A stretch of DNA of 64,000 bases. It comes from the human T2T-CHM13v2.0 reference genome, Homo sapiens. The notes under the pieces were generated by a model. That model saw nothing but the letters and a program-made list of their open reading frames with translations, was not told the DNA's origin and searched no databases. How positions within the stretch are numbered: position 1 is the stretch's first letter; every line of letters begins with the position of its first letter. The stretch lies in NCBI RefSeq assembly GCF_009914755.1, contig NC_060930.1. One strand, written 5' to 3'. Shown piece after piece: positions 34,196 to 47,399 of this stretch. Made by a program: the position numbers and the translations under genes.

Positions 34196-36109
34196 ATCAA
34201 GGTTATTTACATCTGCGTGTCTGAGTGGAGGAAGCATTATATAACCCTGTTCTGCTGCACATCTCTTTCCACCTCTGCGTTCAGTGACTTCTTACTGACA
34301 GCTGGAAATTGGCCATGGGGGCAGTATTTACACCACAGAAATTGGCAAATGTACATTTCAGGACTCTTCTTCCAGAGAGCCTGTTGTGCACATTTACTAG
34401 CACACCATTAAAACCAGGCCACAGGGTGTCACCATCCACATTTCTCCCCCAGAGAGTGTCCAAAGGTTCAAATCGCAAAGTAGGGAGCTCAAGTCTGAGC
34501 CAGAGTGGCCTCTATCTCAATCAGTCTGGTGAGGCTGGTATAGCAGAGCTGGGGTGACAGCCAAGCGTTTAGACAAGGACAGTTCTTAGCCTCAGGAGAT
34601 GCCAGTGTCACAGCTTCAGATAGCTCTCTGTCCAGGTGCAGGTGCAGGACCAGCCAGTGAGGGTACAGAGGATATGGGGACTGGGAGGAAGTAGTTTCCG
34701 GTTGCCTGACCTGACATTCAGGGCTGGATTTGAGGCCCAGAAGAAATCTAGGATCAGGGCAGACGCCAGCTGGTGGCCTGGTCACCTACACTGGCCTGGG
34801 TGGGGACAGGGAGTTGCACAGACTGACTCCCTTCCTACTCCCTCATGGAGAAGGGTCTTCAACACCTTTGCAGGTCCTTCCCATTGCCCCAGGCCTGGCT
34901 GATGCAAGCAGGTAGGGAGCGAGAGGGCAGGCTGGGGAAGGCAGTGTCTGGCAACACAGCCGGGGGAAAAGAGATTTATTTTACAACAACAACAAGAAGA
35001 CTAATAAAAATAATTTTGAAAAAATCTGATGGATAACATGAATCACCCTCGTATGAATCACTAGTTACACTTGGTGGTGTACCAAGGAGAAGGAGAGAGC
35101 TGTGGGAGTCAGGGTGCATTGTCTGCAGAGAATTTAAAAATAGGAAGAAAAACACTGCAGTGGTCTGCTTTCTATTATCGCCATGTGTGGCGATTGTAAA
35201 CAATGGCAGACCCACCCCCACACCACTGGTTACACCCCAGACATGCATTTTTGCCTGTGTTCTAGGTAATCAGTTGATTGTATTAGAACAGCTGACACAT
35301 TCTTCTTTAGTTCCTTTTTGTGGCATTAGTTTCATAGAATCACTTATTTTGGGGGAATTGGAGGCATGTCTTGTTTTTCCATTCAGACAACAACATGTAT
35401 CAAGCGGTCTATGATGTGCTGTCTGTCAGTTGCACTTGGAGTTCAAGAGCATTCTTAAAGACGCAATTTGTGTTTTGGAAAAATGGGTAGAGAGCCTTGT
35501 TTTGTGTGTGCGGTCAAATAAGTCAGAAGTTGGTTATGAGTCACCACTCTCCTGCTAGTCTAGCATTGTACCCTGCACAGCAAAAAGGGGTTGTAAGCAT
35601 TAAAAGGGGGCTTTTGAAAAAGCACAGGATATGGAAAGGCGGCCTAGAAGCAAGTTCTGGTGCGCGTGAACCGTGTGACCTCAGAAGCCGCATCCCACTG
35701 AGCTGTTCTGAGCCTCGGTTTCTCCATTGGTAGAATGGGGCTAATAGTACCTGACCAGCTGTTCCCAGGCTACCGCCAAGGGCCCGTGGAAGCAGGTGCA
35801 GGAAGGGATGATGCACACGTGAGCTCTTAAGACAGCTTCAGTTCCTCAGGATTCAAGAAGGGGGAAGGAGAGCCCAGGGCCAGCACATCTGGGGAGGTTC
35901 AATATAGATTTAGGTCTGGAATTTCCATTTTCACTGCAGATATGGTATGCTGAGAAAAGTTCGAGGGCATCAGAATGAAAATTGGAACTTGAGAAACTGG
36001 ATGGACGTCGCAGCAGGAAGGAAGCCGGGCTGGAGCTCTCTGGAGTGGGGCGCACCGCAGGGAGCACGGCCAGAAGATGGGAGAGGTCACAGGTGGGGCC
36101 GTGCCTCTC

Positions 36110-36190
36110 ACAAGCTCAGGGTGCCCTGTGGGGCCGGGAGGGGCAGAGTACAAGCTCAGGGTGCCCTGTGGGGCCGGGAGGGGCAGAGTA
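36110..36190. repeat. Perfect 40-bp GC-rich tandem duplication
   Basis: CAAGCTCAGGGTGCCCTGTGGGGCCGGGAGGGGCAGAGTA x2. Confidence 0.95.
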
Positions 36191-36399
36191 GGTCTAGAAG
36201 CCGCTCTGGGGGCAGTGCCCCCACCATCACCTGCCAACTGGCAGATCTGATTGTAGCCAGAAGCCTCTTCTCTTTTCACTGGGTTCGTTGCAGTTTTCAA
36301 GCGTGCAGTTCCTTCTATGAAGGAAGGTGGTAGAAAGCCTATGAATCCCACCAAAGCTTCCAAAGCAGATGGCCCTGTGGCCTATTTCTGGTTCATTGC

Positions 36400-37091
36400 T
36401 GTAGGGGAGGAAAGATAATTTTTTCTTCGGCTCTCATAAATTCTTAGTTGGAATGTACCCCTGTAACAAAAGACAGGTTAACAGGAGAAAAACAAAAAGA
36501 AGTTTAGTATCATGTATATTTAATATGCACATGGAACAAACAGAAGTTTAGTATCATGTGTATTTAATATGCACATGGAAGATACCAGGGAGAGATGCCT
36601 TTGAATTCCAGCTTAGACAGTATCTTCAACAAAGAACAGCTAATATTTAGAGAAGTGACAAGGAAAAGGAAAAGGAAAAGGACTCTGAAGAGTGTCCCGG
36701 AGCCCGCTGTGGCTAGGGAGGATGCAGTGGGGGTTGGGGGAAGTATTTTTTAAAATATTTTAAAAATAAAAGCAGAAAAGGATTTCGAGTCTCTAGGGGG
36801 CAGCAACTTGGGGAGAAGCAAACAACTGGCAGAGGAAGGCTGCTCGGTGAGGCTTGCCCATGTGGGTTCCTCCAGTACCATCTCCAGGCTGACAGGGTTT
36901 GAAATTGTCTTCCGTGGTTAACCTTTGTTCTCCCTGGTGGAAGGGGGACAGGACACCTTTTGTCTTTGTGCCCCGCTTTAGGCAAATAGAGGGAGGGCAG
37001 AGAGCTCTCCTGCATCTGCTTTTTAATGGCCTTCAGCTCAACAATCCTTATGCATATTTGGGGGTTGCATATTCTCCTCTTCCAAGCTACA
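36400..37091 (-). mobile_element. MER34-group ERV1 LTR relic with internal 44-bp duplication (36491-36579)
   Basis: Minus strand AGAATATGCAACCCCCAAATATGCATAAGGATTGTTGAGCTGAAGGC...CCTCCCCTACA. Confidence 0.65.
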
Positions 37092-39015
37092 CAGATTATA
37101 CGTCTCAATGTAAAACACGATCTTTTTCTTCATTACCTAGAAAGTGAGGGAAGTCACGCCCAGAGGGTGCTGATGTAGGCCTGGTGATGAGGGTATAGGT
37201 GGCCACCGTCCCAGGTGGGCTCCACCTCTGCCCTCTGTGATGTGGAGTAGGGGCTGGGGCTCCTTGGGTACAAGGCAGGGAAAAGGGGAGGGCGGCGGGG
37301 TTGAGGAAGCTGCTCCGGGCTTCCAGGCCAGACCATCCCAGAATGAAAGGAGTTTTCCCCATGGATCTCCAGGCCTTCTCCATGGAATTTAGACAGCTGA
37401 AGGCAGACACAGGTCCCTGCGGGGAAGTACCTGCTCCCTCTTCTAACAAGTGCAAAGCAAGCAGGGCAAGGCTCCGAAGGGAACAGCTGGAGCAGGCCCA
37501 ACCCCAGGTGGCCCTGGGGTTCCGTGGTTGACCCGGAAGCAAGTCAGGCAGGGAGCCAGGAATGTGGTGACTCACATTAGCTATGTGGAGAGAGACCAGG
37601 GAGTGTCCCTTCCAGGTGGAACCCCTCCTCCTCCATGAGTCACCCGGCTCCATACACCTGCCTGATTCCAGCAGCCCAACACACCTGTGCCAACTAGCAG
37701 CTTATGTTTCTCATGTGCTTGCCTGTCTGTCCTATTGACGATTCCTCAAAACACCAAGGGGAGGTAGCATGAAATGTTATCCTGGAAAACCTTTGTGAGT
37801 TAGAAAACGTGGCCAAGTGCCCCCAGTTGATGACTGGCAAATCTGGAATCAGCCTCATGACGTTTCCAGTGTGTTACACAAACCATCCAGCCTTGCTGCT
37901 TCTCCAAATACTGTATCTATGAAGTATGCCAGACTCTCAGCAGAGAGGATTTCTACGGCAGTGGAAGAGAGCAAAGCAGGTGTCAAGGTTCATTAATCTC
38001 ATCTTGGTCCCTTTCTGAAAACTGACACACTATATCCAGGTTGCTTTTTAAAGCTCTGTGTACGTATCATGCAAATGTATACTTGCTTTGTGTATGCATG
38101 TTTAGGACTATTTCTGATCCAGATGCTGTACTAAATTAAGCTAGTTTTAATGATGTTATTCTGGAGCTAACATAGTCTTCCGTGGTATTTCCCATGGCTG
38201 TGCTCTGTCTAGTATATTTCCAAGTCATTACCCGGCTCATGGTCATTGGCGTTCACATTGAAGTGGCCACAGATAGAGAATCACACAAGCTTCACATTGA
38301 ATTCAGTCCATTAAGGCCTTTTCCTTGGTAAAACTGAGGGGGAAATATAAATTGAAGCAGCAGTAACCAGCAAATAGACCTTCTCCCAATCTACCCGAAA
38401 CTGGCTCTCTGCCCTCAACCATGTTCAAAAGCCTTTGCTATAAATGTACAGAGGAAGTAAACTTTAACCACACTGGGGCTCTAAAAAATGACTCTGGTTT
38501 CTGTATGTGACTTTCATAAATCAGTTTAATTACGTCACATTTCCACCTCAATTGTATGATAACAAGGTCTGAATTGCCCAGTAGAAGGCAGAAAGAAAAA
38601 AAATCCGGATGTTTTTGTCATATGGAACCTTCCTACACAGTCTGTTTTTCCCCTGGAGCTGACGATGAATCACTTCTCAACACTGGCGGGGGCCATCACA
38701 TGGCCGGCATGGAGCTCGCCTGGAGGAGCGAGGTTGAGGCAAGCTCTGTGCAGGAATGTGGCTGCAGTGATGTGGCCTGACACTTCCTTAGGGAGTCCAA
38801 ATGTGACTAAGGCTCTTTCTCAGTACTGTATGGAATGAATAACCACATGTGAGAAGATGTACAGCTCCTGCCTTGCATCACTGAGCTGGAAAATTTGCTG
38901 GTAGCACGTAACATCTCTTGCAAAGTATAATTACAGATCCCTGTGCTCTGAGGGTTTGCACGGAAATAATTCAACCTAAAATAGTAACAAAGGCTGAGTA
39001 TAAACCTGTGATGTA

Positions 39016-39095
39016 TTATTTTGGTGCAAAAGTAACTGCGGTTTTTACCATTACTTTTAATGGCAAAGATTGCAATTACTTTTGTGCCAACCTAA
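39016..39095. mobile_element. MADE1 (mariner-derived MITE)
   Basis: 80-bp palindrome TTGGTGCAAAAGTAACTGCGGTTTTTACCATT...AATGGCAAAGATTGCAATTACTTTTGTGCCAACCTAA with TA on both sides. Confidence 0.92.
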
Positions 39096-39331
39096 TAGAT
39101 TATCTAAAAAGGAACAGGAAGAACACCAAGAGTTAACAAGCCTATTAGGGTTAGAAAGAGACTCCTCTTGCTTAGACAATGGGCGTTACCCTCAGGGACA
39201 CCGAGCCCTTCCACTCGGATCTGATCTCCTCCACAAAGAGTTAGATGGGAGATATTTATGGGCAAGTATTTGGGCATGGATATTCCCGCTCCCACCACAT
39301 TGCAGAGGTGCATGGAGGCACACAGCTATGA

Positions 39332-39678
<347 letters not shown>

Positions 39679-42015
39679 TGAAATGTATTTGTTTTGTTTT
39701 ATCATTTGAGCGTAGTTTAGTAATTTTCCAGAGAGAGAGGACCTGGCATAGATTCAGCAGTGTCACCCTCAAGAGCCAAAATGTTCACATCTGCTAATGT
39801 TCCATCCTGACCCTCCTGCTGTAATATTTATTCACAGGGGAGCTTTGGAAACAAGTAGGGTATGAGTCAGGAAAGCCTCTCCGTGCAGACTCCTTTGCAC
39901 CAAAAATCTTCTAAAAGGTCTTGGGTCCATGAGCATTGTTGTCTGGGAGCACGTTTCCCCACCAAATTATCCTTAAAAAAAATCTTTTAAAAACAGCTCA
40001 TTGTCATCAAGACAATATTTACAGCACACACATATTTTCCAGAAGATTTTAATAAATAGTTGGTGAACTATCTTGTCACTAACTTAGTCCCTGCTTAACT
40101 TTGTCTGGGTGTGAGTATGATGCTTCATTTTAACTTGTTTTGAATTCAGACACCTGGACACAACAATGGACACCTACTGAGTCCTCCGTCCACTCACAAT
40201 GATTCCCAGCTCTCTGGTAACTCTGGTCCCCCATTTCAAAGGGATGAACTTGTCACAGGTCACCTGCCTCCTGTCTATAATATTGTGGACCAGGATGGCG
40301 ACCTTACCCAGACTTAGCCACTCACTGGCGCTTCCCCTGGAATATAAAATGGAACAAAGAAATCTTTCCTATTGCTGGACTCAAAATGTGTAACTTGGTG
40401 CTCCCCAGACCATGTTCCGTGCTCCCCACCTTGCACTGAGGTGCGTGGAAGTTGGCCTACAGCAACGAGAGACAGAGCCCTGAAAGCTTCTCAGACTTCA
40501 GTCCTGCCCTTCCACAAGCTCTGCGGAGGCCCAGTCCTGCTTCTACTGGACACTTCTCAGGTATTACATTTTTCTTGTTTGCTTAACTCTGGATGATTGT
40601 ACCCCATAGAACCAAAAGATTCCTAACTACTATCTTGGAATCCCATCCTTCTGTGGGGCTCGGGATGCCAGCTGATTGGACAAGCCTTGTGGCTTCTCTC
40701 AGGCACTGACTCTGAGTTCTGTATGAGGGGCTTCTGGACACTTGGGTGTGAAATCTGGCCCATTGATTCTAAGGATGTGTAATCACTGAAACCTGTACCC
40801 CCAATAAATCTTTGTTTCCTCAACTGTAAAATGAGAGAAACTTTTTTGAAAATGTGAATATGATAAAGTGCAAAATGCTTGGACATTGGGGTTAGCCTTG
40901 GGATAAAGCCACGTTCAGGGTCTCAGTTTCCTCATTGGGTTGTTTTGAAAATTAGAAATATATATAGGTAAATGTACCCAGTATGTGACAAGTACTAAAT
41001 GAAAGGTACTTTTATTGTTACTATTACTAATTACTCCTTCAACTGTTACTAGCGCTGCTTCTCCTCCTTGACCTAATGAATGTGAAAGCTCTTTGTCATC
41101 TATAAATGTCAGTTCCCCAATAAAGACATACTCAGAGGATCTGCCTTCAATATGAAGCTGCCTCTGACTGTCTCATCTTTCGTACTCAGCTGGAGGTATT
41201 TCGCTTGCTGGCACTTTAACTCCCCTGCTCTGAGCGGTTGAGCTAGCACAAGGGCCATACAGAAGTAGAAACAGACTTTCTTTTCTCTGTCTTTGAATAA
41301 GAAAAGATGAAGCAAAGCCATGATGGGAATGCTGTCAACGCTGGTGACAGTGAGGCCTGGACGCCTGTCCTCAGGCCACTTCACTGCTCCGAGTTTTCTC
41401 ATCTGTAGAGCCAGGATGATGGCAGCACCTACCTCATGGGGTCATTAGAAAGACTGAGGGTAGTATGTGGAAAGTGGGGCCCGACACAAATTATTTTCAT
41501 GGCGACCCTCTAGCAGCCATGAAGTCTGTCCCTGCATTACCGCGAACCTTCCATGTGTTTTTCCTCAATCAGCAATTTTCCTACTAGGTCATCATTTTGG
41601 GAAAGAGATAAATCAAACCTCCTTCCCTGAACATTTATTACTTTATTTGGGTTTTTTAGGAACTGAAATTTGCATTCAATGCAAGTTAAACGGAACAATT
41701 TTGACTGTTCAAATGTACCACAATCTCAGTTCATATGAAGATCCTGTTTTCTCTTTAATCACAAATCATTTTAAAACAAAAGTTAAAGTAATTTCATTCT
41801 AGAAAATTGTTTAAAAAGTGACATGTTGAAGATGAAAGTATGGCTTGGGTTCCCAATGTCAGGCCAGAATTGATTCCCAGAACTGCCTTGGTAAATGGTA
41901 ATACTGTGAGGCCCTCGGAGGGTGCAATGGGGAGGTGCAGGGCATGTGACCTCAGAGTGGGGGCTCCTGGGGGGACAGCTGGGCCATGTCTGCTGCCTCA
42001 CAGGCCATCAGGGAG

Positions 42016-42127
42016 TAGGGGGATCTACTCTTCCTGGTTTGTCCAGGACCATCCCAGTTTTAAAACAAGAGTCTCAGGCCCAGGTACTTCCTCAGTCCCA
42101 GGTGAACTGGGACAGTTGGCCACCCCA
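42016..42127. mobile_element. MER81-like hAT MITE
   Basis: CCTGGTTTGTCCAGGAC...ACTGGGACAGTTGGCCACCC imperfect inverted repeats. Confidence 0.55.
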
Positions 42128-42756
42128 GTCTGACCTGTCTCATGTTCCTCTGACCCTTCGGTCTCACCATCCACGCTAACCCCCGCCTAACCTACTCCAT
42201 AGACTTTTCTTAAATTTTGTTTTTCCTTCCTTTACCTACATGGCAGAAGACAAATATAACAGAAGGAAAGAAAGTGACTGGGGAGAGATAATTAAGTGGG
42301 GTTGGAAATGATTGTTTCTTACAGCCATGGCCTTGGAGTTGAAGGCCCGGCCCTCACTCTCCTCCCAGGTCAGGACCTCAGCAGCAGTCAACACCACCCT
42401 GGGGCTCAGCAGCACCCTGGGTTTAGCGCGATGGCTGTTTTGTCTTCTTACTTTTACATAAATGTTTTTAGAAGCAGATGAACTGGCACCGTTGACACCA
42501 TACTTCACTTCCTCTTCATACCCTTTCTTCTGTGGGGTGTAGAGCAGGTCAGGAAAGATGTTTCCCCTTTCCAGCCAGAGGAAATACATTTGCAATTCAA
42601 ATGAACCCTAACAGCAAATTGCCCTTGCCTGGTACTTTTTTTAACGTAAAATTTCCTGGGGACAAGTTGTTTCTCATGACCATCAAAGTACCATACGCAT
42701 ATTGTTGCAAACCAGAAAAACAGAGAAGAAAATTTTGAAACGCACATATCATCTCA

Positions 42757-43095
<339 letters not shown>

Positions 43096-43959
43096 TTAAT
43101 AGCAACACAAGCAGTGGACACTTTGGTGAGCAGTACTTGTTCAGATGAGCCATGCTGTCTTTCAGCAGAGCCACCAGCTCCAAGGATGCTCCTCGGGCCT
43201 CCCATGCAGCAACAGCAGCAGCAACAGCAGGCACTGCATTTCCCTCATTGCTAAGTGACAGCAGTTCTCTCTGTGTGTGACACTGAATTCACCAGAGAGC
43301 CTGGCATCGATCCGACCAACAATCAACAAATTTTTGCAGAGTTCTACTCTGATGCAGGCGCAGGCACCCCCATCTTCGTGGACAGGAAATACACTGAGCT
43401 GTACCAGCAGGAAGAGCACGCTGGGGCGTGGGCAGCCAGGGGATTTCTCCTGGTCTGCGGAGGAAGGGAAAGCTCCTGGAGGACAGGGGATGTTGTGCTG
43501 AAGTCAAGACCTGAAGGCTGAGTAAGCGTCAGCCAGGGGAAGACAGAGAGGAAGGGCGATTCAGGCAGAGGGGGTCACCTGTAAGGAGGCTCAGGGGCCA
43601 GGAGCATCCCTCCCGAGGGCAGCGTGGGAGAAAGCCACAGTAGACACACCAAGGCCGGAGAAGGCCTGGCTGGAGCTGAGGATGTCAGGGAAGGAAGGAA
43701 GGGACAGAAAGGGCCAGGTCTGGAGGCCTGTGTGGAGGATTTTTGGTGGAGGCCCATGTGGAGAGGCAGTGGAAGGGGAAGCACTGGGTGTGTTGTGGGG
43801 AGGGATCTAGGCCACACACCCAGCAGTGCTTGGAAATCGATGACAAATGCAGGTGAAAATGAGGTCCCAGATAACAGGTTGAAGAAGGAGAGCACCAGGG
43901 GTCTGAAAGCAGAACAGCAGCCCCCAGGGCATGGCTGGCTTCACGGGCAGGTGAGCTGA

Positions 43960-44087
43960 GCCAGCGCATGGTTGGGCTCAGTGCTTGAGTAAATGTTGTC
44001 ACCATCTTGAAATGCTTAGTAATATTTGAACAAGAGGTCATGCAGTCTCATTTTGCACCAGGTCTGCAAATTATGTAGCTGATCCTG
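43960..44087. mobile_element. MER91-like hAT relic
   Basis: CCATCTTGAAATGCTTAGTAATATTTGAACAAG...GCAAATTATGTAGCTGATCCTG. Confidence 0.5.
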
Positions 44088-44433
44088 CCCAGGGCTGAAC
44101 GTTTTCCACAGATCTATGCAGAATTTCGCACAGCTAATGGTACGTGGACTCCATCCAAGGCCTCCAGATTTTTTGTGGATACCATCAGGCAGGACAGGAG
44201 TGTGAGGGAGGCTCACAGCGCCCAGCTCAGGGCCGATGGTGTCTGTGAGTGTGTCAGGGATGGTGTGTGGATAAAGTCCATCAGAGCAGTGCACGCATGG
44301 AAGACTTCCTGCTCGCCAGCCATGGAGACAGGAGACTGAGGGCATTTCAATAACATGAGCTTTGAGTTGGCTGCCTGAGTAAAACAGGAATTTTCCTCAC
44401 CCAAGTTTCATTTACTTTAATAAGTCAAACTAA

Positions 44434-44830
<397 letters not shown>

Positions 44831-45119
44831 TTATTTGGCTAAGAATTTCATAGGATGCCTGAGTCTCATGCTAAACAAAATTTGCACTGAAAATAAAATT
44901 ATTGTTGTAAAGGTTTAAAAGACAATTTGTGAATATACCTATGCTTATATTTATTTCAAGGAGAAAAAAAGAGAGAAGGCTTTACCAAAACTTAAGATGT
45001 AACACAATAAGCTCATTATTCAGGCAACTGTCTATAAATTCACCAGGATTGCTATGCAAAATATGATAGGCCTGTAGGCTCTGAACCAAATAGTTATTAG
45101 TTCACTATGAAATAAGAAA

Positions 45120-45219
45120 ATAAATGACTAAGAATAACTTAGTCATTTATGACTAAGGTATGGATTTATGACTGAGGTATGGGTCATTTATGACTGAGGT
45201 ATGGATCATCGTCATGAAT
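45120..45219. repeat. Overlapping hairpins plus three copies of a 19-bp unit
   Basis: ATAAATGACTAAG-AATAA-CTTAGTCATTTAT stem; ATTTATGACTRAGGTATGG x3. Confidence 0.85.
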
Positions 45220-45627
45220 TTCTTTAGGTGTTTTATATTCACTTACAGCAGACAGTGTCTATAAAATACTAAAAATTATAAGAACAGGAAACTTGGCAAG
45301 CTCTTCCAGATATTTACAAGGCTAAATCTTCTGAAGCCTAGTAATACAGTTAATAGGAAGAGCTTTAAAGCCATAGAGTTTTAGGTTCAAACATCAGCTC
45401 CCTCTTCAGCAAGTTGCTTAACCCACGGGAACCTCAGTTTCCCCACACACAAATGGATGTAATATCTACTTTACATTTATAATATATATGTCGTAATTAT
45501 TCAATAACTTGTATTTTTAAAAATAGTATAGCTGCTAACAGGCAGTTAAATGTTCAGAGATGGTAGGAACTGGTTTTGATTCTCAGAAGAGAAGAGGAAT
45601 CGAGGTGGAAAGGATGGTGGAGAATGA

Positions 45628-46079
<452 letters not shown>

Positions 46080-46258
46080 TAGGGGTGCTGTCATGGTCAT
46101 CTAGCTTGATTAGGGCTGGAACTAAGACAGTGGAGTGGAGGACAGAGAAAACATGAAAGCTATTTTAAAAATAGGATAAACAGCCTAGATGTGGAGTGTG
46201 AAGGAGAGGACAGGGATGGGTCAAGGATTTCTGGGGTGAAGGAGGCAGTGGGACTCCC

Positions 46259-46712
46259 AGCAGGTAGGACTGTGTCCCCCAAAAGATATGTTCAAGTCCT
46301 AATGCCCAGTACCTGTGACCTTATTTGAAAATAGGGCCGGCCTTTGCAGATATCATCGAATTAAGATGAAGTCTTGCTGGAATAGACCCCAAGTGGGCCC
46401 TAGGTCCAATGATTGGCATCCCTAGAAGAAAAGAAAATGGGGGCCAAACACAGGGATGAAGGCCAAGTGAAAAGGGAGGCAGAGAGTGGGGTGATGCATC
46501 CGCAGGCTAAGGACCAGCACAGCCCGCTGGCAGCGCCTGAAACAGACGAGGTGAGGACGAATCCTTCCCCAGAGCCTCTGGGGAGAGCATGGCCACAACG
46601 CCGCCTTGGTTTTGGACTTCCAGCCTTCAGAACTGGAGGAGAATACATTTCTGCTGTTTTAAAGCCACCTGCTTTGTGGTAGTTTGTTATGGCAGCCTAG
46701 GAAACTAGTCCA
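46259..46712 (+). mobile_element. MLT1 (MLT1C-like) MaLR LTR
   Basis: TGTCCCCCAAAAGATATGTTCAAGTCCTAA...TTTGTTATGGCAGCCTAGGAAACTA. Confidence 0.85.
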
Positions 46713-47399
46713 GGGACCTTCCCTGAGATAGGAAAATACAGAAGTGTGAGGTTAAGAAAGTGTGAGGTTAAGAAAACTAGGTTAAGGCACATTGAGCCCA
46801 AGTAAGGAGCCTCAATATGGGAAATCTTTGGGTGGAAACACGTGGAGGCCACTAGAGCGTGGAGCTTAGGAAATAATCTGGGCTGGAAATGGAGATCATG
46901 GGGGAATAAGGGGTGAGCTGGAGCTGGACACGGATAAGGCCACCCAGGGAGAATGGTGGGGAGAGACGAGAAAGCAGACGACGGGAGCTTCTCCCAACGG
47001 TTCTTGGTATTACAAACTCGACATCCACATCTGAGGGAAAGTGATGATGTCGTCACTAAGGCAATTCCAGCTGAGATACTGGTGAGCATATTTATCCTCT
47101 AAACACATTCAGCCTCCATTGTTTCATGTTTACTCTCCTAAGAGAAGACACCTACAATCCTTTCTCATGTCATGCTTCCCTTAATCGTATTTTTTTTAAT
47201 TAAGTAAAAGTCAAGAAGAAAACAACACAAATTGATCAGGAAAGAATATTCATTCACCTCAAATACTGACTGGGTCCCTCCTTGACTGCAGCCAGGGTGC
47301 TAGGCCCCAGCTACACTGTGGACACAGTGGACGGGTCCCAGCCCACTGCACAGAGGCAGCCGAGGTGCAGAGGTCACATGTCCAGAGGCACGTGGAAGA

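Noticed and set aside
43255-43521. Protein-like ORF (…EPGIDPTNNQQIFAEFYSD…) and nearby CAG/CAA run
   Set aside because: Overlaps an L2-like 3' end (AATCAACAAATTTTT…); no recognisable homology or convincing splice pair; the CAG run is only about 8 units
45120-45219. CRISPR-like repeat-spacer pattern (also 2786-2835)
   Set aside because: Eukaryotic context, 2-3 copies, no unique spacers of constant length, no cas genes
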